Of a stretch of DNA of 64,000 nt, positions 14,511-25,240 are shown piece after piece. Under the pieces are notes generated by a model, which had not been told where the DNA came from, did no database searches, and was given only the letters and a program-made list of their open reading frames with translations. The position numbers and the translations under genes are program-made. The stretch is taken from positions 2,976,001 to 3,040,000 of the forward strand of contig OZ024763.1 of NCBI GenBank assembly GCA_964016885.1, read 5' to 3'. Numbering within the stretch: the stretch's first letter is position 1; the number at the start of each line of letters is the position of its first letter. This stretch comes from Eledone cirrhosa. Taxonomy: Eukaryota.

Positions 14511-14638
14511 ACCAGTCCCACACCTTCCACCTCCAAAGATAAAATTAGATTTAACAGCTTTTTTTATGGCTAATCCTGTCCTCTATTATGTTCTCTTCTA
14601 ATAACATAACATGTATATATATACACACACACACACAC

Positions 14639-14684
<46 letters not shown>

Positions 14685-14710
14685 GCATGTATATATATAT
14701 ACATACACAC

Positions 14711-14801
<91 letters not shown>

Positions 14802-14802
14802 T

Positions 14803-15143
14803 GAAGGCACATGGCTTAGTGGTTAGAGCATTGGCCTTGCAATCGAAAGGTTGTGAGTTCAATTCTCAGACCAGGTGATGTGTTGTTTCCTTGAGCAAGA
14901 CACTTTATTTCACATTGCTCCAGTTTACTCAGCTGTAGAAATGAGATGATAGGGACTGGGGTCCATATCATTCCACTGTAAAGTGGTCGTGGAGGTGCCA
15001 CGGCAAAAAAGCACCCAGCACTCACTGTAAATGAGGTTGGTGTTAGGAAGGGCATCCGCTTTTTCCCTGCTTGCAAGGATGGATGGGATGGGAACTGATT
15101 CTGGCTTGATTTCTACAGCTGGATGCCCTTCCTAACACCAACC
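14803..15143 (+). mobile_element. S1 SINE with inverted 3' tail
   Basis: Head and core near-identical to 55-393; about 15056-15143 is the reverse complement of the normal tail. Confidence 0.85.
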
Positions 15144-15189
15144 ATATATAAATATACACACACACACACATGTATATATATATACACAC

Positions 15190-15390
15190 AATGTTGCCGT
15201 GTAGGTAACACGGTAAAAACCTCCCAGTCCACACTGTAAACGTGGTTGGTGTTAGGAAGGGCATCCAGCCGTAGAAAACCCGCCAGACAGTCCTATACGA
15301 GCAGGACAACCACTCTTGCCTCAAGTGGGAAAACTCCCGTCCAAACCCATGCAAGCGTGGAAGATGGACGTTAAACGATGATGATGATGA
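15190..15390 (+). mobile_element. RTE-type LINE 3' UTR fragment
   Basis: Same sequence as the 3' end of the LINE at 46673-47325; ends gacgttaaac(gat)n. Confidence 0.8.
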
Positions 15391-15475
15391 CGGCACACAT
15401 GTATATATATATTATATATGTATATATATATAATGTATGTATGTGAGGTAGGAAATGCTTTTGTGTGTGTGTGTA

Positions 15476-15506
<31 letters not shown>

Positions 15507-15613
15507 CCTCTGGAATCCATTTCCTCTCCTTCAATATTGACACCATACCACTACACCATCCACCTCCTCCCCTTTTATCTTTTCTATTATTTCCTTTTGT
15601 TATCTTCTACTTG

Positions 15614-15650
<37 letters not shown>

Positions 15651-15744
15651 AATATACATAGGTATATATACATATTGTTATACTTTGTGAGGGTCATATA
15701 TATATATATATATATATATATTTATGCACATGCATGTATATCTA

Positions 15745-15787
<43 letters not shown>

Positions 15788-16320
15788 TCATTTTACTGCC
15801 GCTTTTCCCTGCTTGATATATATATATATGTGGGGGGGGGGGGGGGGAGAAAGGTTTGGGTGGGCTTTGTGTATAAATATAGATTCCCAGGTCATTCTAT
15901 TAGTTCTGTGTATGTATGTATGTGTGTGTGTGTGAATACACTTCTGTGAATAACATTATGATTGTTGTATTTATTCTACCTCTGCCCATCACTTCTCCCC
16001 CCTCCCCAATCCCCCCTCCTTCCCACCCCCTCCTCCCCCCTCCCCCTCTCCCCCCTCCCCCCTCTCCCCCCTCCCCCCTCCCCCTCTCCCCCCTCTCCAC
16101 TTTAAAAGTCTGTTTACTAATCCTTCTCCATATATATATATATCTGTGGTGAAGGAGCAGGCCACCTTTCCTGTGTCACTTGAGCTAACACAATGCCTGT
16201 TGGTTGTGTTTATTTGATGAGGGAGGGGTAGGGTTTACTGGATGAATGGCTTGGCTGCTATATAGAACCCTTTTCAACCCTCCCTAAAAACACCAACCTC
16301 TTGTATCATCCACCCTGCCT

Positions 16321-16508
16321 AAAACCCCAGCCTAACTCTAAAGACCCCAGCCTAACTCTAAAGACCCCAGCCTAACTCTAAAGACCCCAGCCTAGCTCTA
16401 AAGATCCCAGCCTAACTCTAAAGACCCCAGCCTAACTCTAAAGACCCCAGCCTAGCTCTAAAGACCCCAGCCTAGCTCTAAAGACCCCAGCCTAGCCCTA
16501 AAGACCCA
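16321..16508. repeat. 20-bp minisatellite, about 9 copies
   Basis: aagaccccagcctaactcta. Confidence 0.95.
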
Positions 16509-16838
16509 ACCTCTGGTATCGCCTGCCTACATGAAACTAACTGCCCTCTGTCTGGATCTTGATAGGTTGATGTTGGTCTTATACACACACACAGACTGTA
16601 TTTGGTAGATCTCTTGTCTGTTATATACACGTGTATATATGCTGGATTTCTGTCCTTATACATACACGTGTGTGGGGGGTTGTGTGTGTCTGTACACACC
16701 TTGAGCTGATCAGTTGTGAAACCTGCGTCACGTCACACGTGAATATGATTATACTTCAGGACCTTGTTCTTCTCATGGTAGATCTGTCTTACATACACAC
16801 ATATAATATATGGTAAATCTGTCTGTTCTTATATACAC

Positions 16839-16872
<34 letters not shown>

Positions 16873-16944
16873 TATTCTTATACACACACGTGTATGCATA
16901 TATATCAAATGCTGATAGTTAAGATGGGATTAAAATTGTTTATT

Positions 16945-16995
16945 GCATTATATATATTTCTGTTACATGGTTATTAATGTGACTTCATCAGATGC
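16945..16995 (-). ncRNA. Minimal type I hammerhead ribozyme motif (family C, left arm)
   Basis: Minus strand reads GCAU-CUGAUGA-a-GUCACAU-uaauaacc-AUGUAAC-a-GAAA-uauaua-UA-AUGC. Confidence 0.7.
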
Positions 16996-17091
16996 TTACG
17001 CAATCATTGGTGCAGTTATGCAATTATTGTGATATGCCAGTGGCCTTGCACATCCATCCAGTAGTGAAGTGGTTCACCAATGATTGCGTAG

Positions 17092-17141
17092 GCATCTGAT
17101 GAAGTCACATAATAACCATGTAACAGAAATATATATAATGC
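17092..17141 (+). ncRNA. Minimal type I hammerhead ribozyme motif (family C, right arm)
   Basis: Stem I gcat/atgc, CTGATGA at 17096, stem II gtcacat/atgtaac (one mismatch), GAAA at 17126, palindromic stem III atatatat, AUA triplet. Confidence 0.72.
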
Positions 17142-17446
17142 AATAAACAATTATGGTGATTTAATCCCGTCTTAACTACCACTGAGTTCAAATCCTGCTG
17201 AGGTTAACTTTGCCTTTCATCCTTACGGGGTCGATAAAATAAAACATCAGTAATACACTGGGATAATTGCTGGCCTTGTGCCAAAAGTAGAAACAATTAT
17301 TTGATAAATGAATACTCTGTCACTCATTATCACCTACTTGAGATAAACAACTGATGTGGAGTGCTTTGGAATACTTGGACCTGCTTATCATTAGGAAGTT
17401 ATGATGTAAGAATTAAGATAAACAACACTCTTGTGCAATATATATA

Positions 17447-17776
17447 TCATCATTCATCATTTCATTTTCAGTCCGCTTTACCCTGCTTGCAAGGGTGGGA
17501 CGGGAACTGATTCTGGCTTGATTTCTACAGCTGGATGCCCTTCCTAACACCAACCTCATTTACAGTGAGTGCTGGGTGCTTTTTTGCCGTGGCACCTCCA
17601 CGACCACTTTGCAGTGAAATGATATGGACCCCAGTCCCTATCATCTCATTTCTACAGCTGAGTAAACTGGAGCAATGTGAAATAAAGTGTCTTGTTCAAG
17701 GAAACAACACATCACCTGGTCTGAGAATTGAACTCACAACCTTTCGATTGCTCTAAACATTAAGCCATGTGTCTCC
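17447..17776 (-). mobile_element. S1 SINE, head-to-head with a truncated + strand copy at 17823-17940
   Basis: Reverse complement of 55-393. Confidence 0.85.
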
Positions 17777-18126
17777 ATATATATATATATATATATACAC
17801 ACACATACACACACACATATGTGAAGGCGTGTGGCTGAGTGGTTAGAGAACTGGATTCACAATCGTGAGGTTGTGAATTCAATTTTTAGACCAGGCGATA
17901 CATTGTGTCCTTGAGCAAGACACTTTATTTCACATTGCTCCTACTACCTGGAGTTGCGACCAATAGATAGTATTAACAATGGGAAAGACCAACGGAAACA
18001 TTGTTTACTCGGTCCAATTTGACGAAAGTTGGTTGATCCTATATATATACCTGTTATTTTTATCTAGAGACATTTTTTCCAATTCCATCCCGCCCGTCCC
18101 CTCAATCTATTTTATTTCTCATTCTT

Positions 18127-18162
18127 TCTTCTGATGAAGGACTAGCGTCCGAAACGTTAAGA
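18127..18162 (+). ncRNA. Minimal hammerhead ribozyme (family A) inside a dispersed element of about 200 bp (18065-18250)
   Basis: tctt-CTGATGA-a-GGAC-tagc-GTCC-GAAA-cg-TT-aaga: stem I tctt/aaga and palindromic AACGTT stem III, the dimer-type arrangement of Penelope-like element hammerheads. Confidence 0.8.
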
Positions 18163-18250
18163 CTCTCTTTCTGCTATATCAAGCGTTAACCTCTAATATA
18201 TACCTTCCATATACTGTACCGATTGTGTTATTTCTGTTTACTTTTTACAT

Positions 18251-18330
<80 letters not shown>

Positions 18331-18335
<5 letters not shown>

Positions 18336-18897
18336 TTAGTTAAGCAAAGCAAGACCACAAATTTCACAAGGAAGACATTATTAAAAGATTGTCAACATAG
18401 TTTTAGTTTAATGTAAGGAATGTAGAGAATAATAATAATAATAATAATAATAATATTAATAATGTCCGTTTACAATTGTTTCGCTACTCCATATAATGTT
18501 TCTGGATCAAATGATTATAGATCATTATTGATCTGGTTCAATTAGAGCAGCTCATCGGAACTTCAAAAGGAATATAAATTAAAATAAAGAAAGAATGTTA
18601 CATGAATGTAATGTTCCATGTATTAGTATTTCACTATGGTGTCCTGGGTACATCTATTGTCTGCCATAGTCAAGCAGTATTTTTCTGTTGAGGCTGCATT
18701 GTGTGAGATCTGCATTATTAATATTATTATTATTATTATTATGCACTGGGTAATTGCTGGCCTTGTGCCTAAAGTAGAAACAATTATTATTATTATTATT
18801 CTCTACATTCCTTATATTAAACTAAAACTATGTTGACAATCTTTTAATAATGTCTTCCTTGTGAAATTTGTGGTCTTGTTTTGCTTAACTAATGAAT
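18331..18897. repeat. Inverted repeats of about 115 bp around a spacer of about 330 bp
   Basis: 18331-18445 matches the reverse complement of 18785-18897 with about 2 mismatches; abuts (TA)n. Confidence 0.85.
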
Positions 18898-19088
18898 ATT
18901 TCCAGCTCTGTACACCTAACCTCTGCATGAACCCAGCCACCTAGCTGCCTTCCACTGCATATTGCACATTGAGCACACACCTTTACGCTTTGGCTTCTAA
19001 CTAATTCACCAATCTCTCTTCTCCTCCCCTATCTCCATCTCTCTCTTTAAGATTGGTTACTCTTGAACTGTGTGTATATATATATATT

Positions 19089-19355
19089 CTAAGGCGGGTA
19101 AAATTCCCGAGATCCATGGACGATTTCTCTCCAGCGGTCTCTGTCCCTCATTATCGCTGCCATGTCCTGCGTCTCCAATAGACCAGTGTCTGTCCTTAGG
19201 GCATCAACATACGTTAACCTTGGTCTTCCTCTTCTAGTGTGTCCATGTAGGGGCTCCCAAAGGAGCACTGAGTGCAATGTCAACTCTGGATGTATGTGAG
19301 CATGTCCAGCTAACCTCAGTCTCCTCTGTGTCACTTTTGAGCTGACTTTTGGGAT
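19089..19355 (-). mobile_element. Non-LTR retrotransposon ORF C-terminus (RTE-like)
   Basis: IPKVSSKVTQRRLRLAGH...LLWEPLHGHTRRGRPRLTYVDAL...DRDRWRE, a typical post-RT tail; decayed relatives at about 33920-34930. Confidence 0.8.
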
Positions 19356-19387
19356 GTATATATATATATATATATGATCATATATAT

Positions 19388-19587
19388 ATATATATATATA
19401 TATATAACGAAGGAAATGTGGTAAGGAACCAGGTGGACCATAACGCACCAAAGTACTCAATACTTAGGGTAGTAGAGTGGGTAATAGGAACAAGTAAGAC
19501 CCCGACGGCTGAGCTCGAGCCGTTTCGACGGCTAATTCTATTAGCCGTCGAAACGGCTCGAGCTCAGCCGTCGGGGTCTTACTTGTT

Positions 19588-19592
<5 letters not shown>
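19388..19592. mobile_element. Short element (family D) ending in a perfect 53-bp hairpin that contains a hammerhead 3' half
   Basis: 19484-19536 and 19540-19592 are perfect reverse complements with loop tct; homologous to 45858-46023 in the opposite orientation. Confidence 0.75.
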
Positions 19593-19622
<30 letters not shown>

Positions 19623-19835
19623 TATTAATTTAACATATCATTGTTTTACGATCGTTTTGGAGGGTCGATCATATTGACATATTGTCTGATCTGTATCAGT
19701 TAGAGATCTCTATACTATCAGACCTCATATATAGGTTCCACCAGACCATCTTCTTCCGAGGGAAAGAGCCCCTCCCCCGGATCCTAACAGCTGAGCTCCA
19801 GCTGGGTTTGACAGCTAGAGCCAAACGGTTCTTAT

Positions 19836-19908
<73 letters not shown>

Positions 19909-20400
19909 TGTATATTTATGTGGTGGTGACAGGGGAGTTGTGATGTTAGTGGTGTTAGTGGTGGTGTTGGCAGCAGTTGTGGTATTGGTGGTGGTGCTGA
20001 CATAGGTGCCAGAGGTGGTGGTATTGGTGGTGGTGTTACCAGTGGTAGTGGTATTGGTGGTGTTGTTAGATGGGGTATTGGTGGTGTTGACATATGCACC
20101 AGTGGGGGTAGTAGTAGTTGTAATAAAGGTCACTTCCAAGGTCATGTCTCCCCCCTCCATTTTATGTTTTATTTCTCTAATTATTTAATTAATATATTAA
20201 TGTCAGGGCGTCATCATTAGCTGTTGTCTCTATTTCAACAGAGGAATGCTGTCTGTCTGTCTGTCCCTGGGCTGTCATTGTCTGTCACTCCTGACAACAG
20301 ATGGGGGAGGGTGGTGAGAGGGGGGAGGGGGATAATTGATTCCTGTAGTTGACATATGTAATGATACTGTGTAATGTTTTTATGTACAATGTATTGTATG

Positions 20401-20447
<47 letters not shown>

Positions 20448-20530
20448 ACATTGTACATATATATATATATATATATACATTGTACATATATGTAATGTTA
20501 CTGTGTAATGTTTTTATGTACAATGTATTG

Positions 20531-20567
<37 letters not shown>

Positions 20568-20646
20568 ACATTGTACATATATATATATATATATATACAT
20601 TGTACATATATGTAATGTTACTGTGTAATGTTTTTATGTACAATGT

Positions 20647-20699
<53 letters not shown>

Positions 20700-21455
20700 A
20701 CATTGTATATATATATATATATATATATACATTGTACATATATATATATATACATTGTACATATATGTAATGTTACTGTGTGTAATGTTTTTATATACGT
20801 AGTGTATTTTTTTGTATGTATGTATATATATATAGAGATATATATATATGTATATACATGACTGTTTAATGTATATGTGTATATAAATGATTATGTATGT
20901 ATTTAATGCATTTGTATGTATAATGAAAATGTTGCCATCATTTCGATGATTATCATCATTATAGTTGTTGTTGCTATTGTTGTTATTGTTGCTATTGTTG
21001 TTATTAATGTATTTGTAATTACCAGATATCTCTCTCTCTCTCTCTCTTTAGAGACACAGGGGGAGGGGGAGAAGCTATTTAACAGCTAATTACCTGTTAT
21101 TTAACAATGAAATTAATTATCTCTGGATATTTAACTGGAAAAGGGGATTAACTGATAAATATATTATGATGGATAATGTCTGAAATATAGCCCCCGCCCC
21201 TGCCTCCTCCATGCTCTCACCACCACCACCACCCTCTGCTCCCTTCACCTCCCTCTGCGCTCCTTTCACCTCCCTCTGCGCTCCTTTCAAAGGTCATCAG
21301 CATCATTTCACCTTCCACCTTTGACATTGTGTTTGTGTATGAGACCTTGCCTGGGTTTCTCTGACTGTGCTGCATTGTTAAAATAAGCTTGCTGTTGTAG
21401 GTTAACCCTAGGTCAGCCGAGCAAAGGCCATGTGTGATGACGTAGACAACCAGAA

Positions 21456-21498
<43 letters not shown>

Positions 21499-21501
<3 letters not shown>

Positions 21502-21800
21502 TCATCATCATTATTTTATGTCCGCTTTTTCCTGCTTGTAAGGGTAGGACGGGTCCTTTTCAACACAGCATCTCTCCATTCGTCATCTCCTCTGTGAGCT
21601 TCAGCAATCTGAGATTAGCTCTCACCACCTCCGCCCATGTTTTTTGTGGTCTTCCTCTACTGCGTCTTCCTTCCACTGGTATTTCTTGGCACTTCTTTAC
21701 CCAGCAGTCATCCTCCATGCGCATCACATGTCCATACCAAGGCAGTCTTCTCTCCCACACACTACAGTCTATCCCTCTTATACACAGTTTCTCTCTCTCA
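21499..21800 (-). mobile_element. RTE LINE 3' fragment
   Basis: ERRLPWYGHVMRMEDDCWVKKC...GRRSRGRPQKTW followed by a (gat)n tail. Confidence 0.85.
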
Positions 21801-21879
21801 ACTCATCTATATATAATTGTATATATATATATATATATATATAGAAAGCCCCCCCCCCCCCCCCCCTCCCCCCATCAGT

Positions 21880-22680
21880 CACAACTGACCATGTGATTTA
21901 CACTTAGAAAGTTCCCTCCGAGGCACAAGTCCGAGCAAGTTTGTTTGAGGAAGACCAGCAGTCACCCATACATACCATTCTCCCCTCTCCACGTCACCGA
22001 TGTTGACCAAGGGAAAGGCAATGGTTGACATAGCTTGGCACCAGTGACATTGCAACTCATATATACACTATATATGCTATATATACATTATATAAACATT
22101 GTATTATATTACACAAGTTGTCCAAGAGAAAGGCAATGGCAGATACAGCTTGGCACCAGTGACATTACAATATATACATATATATTATATTTACACAATA
22201 TATACACTATATATGATGTTATCAAAGAGAAAGGCAATGGCTGATACAGCTTGGCACCAGTGACATCGCAACTCATTTCTACAGTTGAGTTAACTGGAGC
22301 AACGTGAAATAAAGTGTCTTGCTCAAGGACACAGCAGCCTGTCTGAGAATTGAACTCAAAACTTCTCCAGTTTAGGCATGTCCTCTTTGGTCACAGCCCA
22401 TGTTTCACTACCATGCAGCATTGCACTTCACACACAGACATCATACAGTTGTCCTTTTGTAGTCAACAGTTGTAGTAGCTCTCAACCTTTTCCATCCTCT
22501 CTTCATTTTTAGCTATTCTGTCTTCAGAGGACCCTCCTCTACTGCTAATGATATCACCTGAATGGCAGAAGCTATCAACCACTTTCTATGGGCCCTTCCT
22601 GTGATTGGAAAAGGTTTATATCGCTGAAGTTCTTACCCTTGATTACCCCTGTGTATCATTTACGTACATAGTCCCCTCTT
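21880..22680 (-). mobile_element. SINE (21880-22365, internally triplicated segment) next to a decayed RTE fragment (22365-22680)
   Basis: Reverse complement of the CORE-like segment at 22270-22360; agcttggcaccagtgacat occurs three times; remnant LYDVCV*SAMLHGSETWAV. Confidence 0.7.
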
Positions 22681-22893
22681 TATAGAATAAAAATGAGAGA
22701 TACCAAATCAATTAGTGCTAGGTTCATGTTTTGGATGAAAGAGAGAAAAGTTTTCCCTACAACTTTTTTTTTTCTGCGTGTTTTCAATGAATATGACCTC
22801 CAAACCAGACAGAAATGACTAGATTCTTAGAAAAAGTAGAGTGAAAGGGGGTAAAAAGACCCTCAGAGTTTCACAGATCCACACACCTCTCAT

Positions 22894-24352
22894 GCTATTG
22901 GTTAGGCGCACACACAACCTCAGGTGGGCCTCTCTCTAGTAAGGGCAGGACTTAACTATAAGCTGAATAAGCTGAGGCTTAGGGGCTCGGGTGGGCCTCT
23001 GTGTAGTCAGGACAGGACTTACCTATAAGCTGAATAAGCTGTCGGTTAGAGGCACTCACCCTCGGGTGGGACTCTCTCTAGTAAGGGCAGGACTTAATTA
23101 TAAGCTAAATAAGCTATCAGTTAGGGGCACACCCTCAGGTGGGAGTAATGTAGTTAGTGCTGGATTCAGCTATAAGCTAGATAAGCTATAGTTTAGGGCC
23201 ATACCCTCAGGAGGGCTTCAGTGTAGCCAGTTTCAAGAACACCCCACTCGATTTCAGTGGGGAAAAAACTTTTTTCCTTTTTTTTTTTGGCCATCTACTT
23301 TTTTTCCCCCAGAATACAGAGATTGAGGTAGATCCCCACCTTGTTTTCCCTACAGGTTTGTTTTTTTGTGTTATCAATGAATATAACTCCCAAACCAGGC
23401 AGAAATTACTAGATTCTTAGAAAAAGTAGAGTGAAAGGGGGTGAAAAGACCCTCAGAGTTTCACAGATCCACACACACCTCTCATGTTTGGTGGGAAATA
23501 ATTATCTTTCCTTGTTTTTTTCTGGACCTCTTAGATGCTTGCAATGGGCTTTTTCCCCGGAAAACAGAAACTTTAACCTTAAACCTTACACTAAAACCTA
23601 ACCCTAACACTAAAACCTAACCCTAACACTGCCCTATCTCTAACACTGCCCCTAACACTAACAATAAAACCTAACCCTAATCTGGGGGAAAAAAGCCCAT
23701 TGCAAGCATCTAAGAGGTTCAGAAAAAACAAGGAAAGATCATTATTTCCCACCAAACATGAGAGGTGTGTAGATCTGTGTAACTCTGAGGGTCATTTCAC
23801 ACCCTTTCACCCTACTTTTTCTAAGAATCTAGTAATTTCTGCCTGGTTTGGGAGTTATATTCATTGATAACACAAAAAAACAAACCTGTAGGGAAAACAA
23901 GGTGGGGATCTACCTCAATCTCTCTGTATTCTGGGGAAAAAAAAAGTAGATGGCCAAAAAAAAAAAAAGGAAAAAAGTTTTTTCCCCACTGAAATCGAGT
24001 GGGGTGTTCTTGAAACTGGCTACACTGAAGCCCTCCTGAGGGTATGGCCCTAAACTATAGCTTATCTAGCTTATAGCTGAATCCAGCACTAACTACATTA
24101 CTCCCACCTGAGGGTGTGCCCCTAACTGATAGCTTATTTAGCTTATAGTTAAGTCCTGCCCTTACTAGAGAGAGTCCCACCCGAGGGTGAGTGCCTCTAA
24201 CCGATAGCTTATTCAGCTTATAGGTAAGTCCTGTCCTGACTACACAGAGGCCCACCCGAGCCCCTAAGCCTCAGCTTATTCAGCTTATAGTTAAGTCCTG
24301 CCCTTACTAGAGAGAGGCCCACCTGAGGTTGTGTGTGCCCCTAACCAATAGC
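22894..24352. repeat. 1.46-kb palindrome with arms of about 665 bp and a CCCTAA-like spacer
   Basis: 22894-23558 matches the reverse complement of 23685-24352; identical 66-aa ORFs are called at 22991 (+) and 24055 (-); the spacer is rich in aacctaaccctaa. Confidence 0.95.
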
Positions 24353-25240
24353 TTATTCAGCTTATAGTTAAGTCCAACACCAGCTACTACAATGTTATAA
24401 CTATATTTCTGCTTAATATTTAACATTTAAGTACAAGTCCTTTCCTAATTAGCTCCTACCAGCCCTCCTTATATCCTATAAAGGGGTGTTTAAGATGCTA
24501 CAAAGATTAAGCAATCAACCAAACCCTCTTTTTTTTATTTTTGTTTTGTTCTTTTTGCTATCAATTTTTGTCTTATCTCTATTTTAAGATTCATATTTGG
24601 TAGTGGTAGTGGTGGTGGTGATGGTAGTAGTGGGGGGACTATGATGGTGATGGTGGTGGTGTGGTGATGGTAGTAGTGGTGGTGGTGGGACTATGATGGT
24701 GGTGGTATAGTCGTGGTGGTGTTATGGTGATGGTAGTGGTGGTGGTGGTGGTGGTGGTGGTAGTAGTAGTGGTGGTGGTGGTAGTAGTGGGGGGACTATG
24801 ATGGTGGTAGTAGTGGTGGTGGTGGTGGTAGTAGTGGTGGGACTATGATGGTGGTGGTGGTAGTGGTATAGTCGTGGTGGTGTTGTGGTGATGGTAGTGG
24901 TGGTGGTGGTAGTAGTAGTGGTGGTGGTGGTGGTACTGTGGTATGGTAGTGGTGGTACTGTGGTAATGGTAGTAGTAGTGGTGGTGGTGGTGGTACTGTG
25001 GTATGGTAGTGGTGGTACTGTGGTAATGGTAGTAGTAGTGGTGGTGGTGGTGGTACTGTGGTAATGGTAGTAGTAGTGGTGGTGGTATTATGGTGGTGTT
25101 GGTGTAGAAATGTTAATATTAGTTGTTTCTACTTTTGGCACAAGGCCAGCAAATACCCAGTGTATTACTGGTACTTTATTTTATCAACCCCTGTAAGCAT
25201 GAAAGGAAAAGTTAACTTTGAAGGGATTTGAATGTCAATA

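Noticed and set aside
16715-16745. CRE/E-box-like cluster gcgtcacgtcacacgtg as the GLCE promoter
   Set aside because: Short motifs only, 23 kb from the ATG exon, with no supporting exon or donor evidence.
21275-21305. Minus-strand CTGATGA-ccttt-GAAA (similar isolated cores near 11140 and 30351)
   Set aside because: No room for stem II and no flanking helices; consistent with chance matches.
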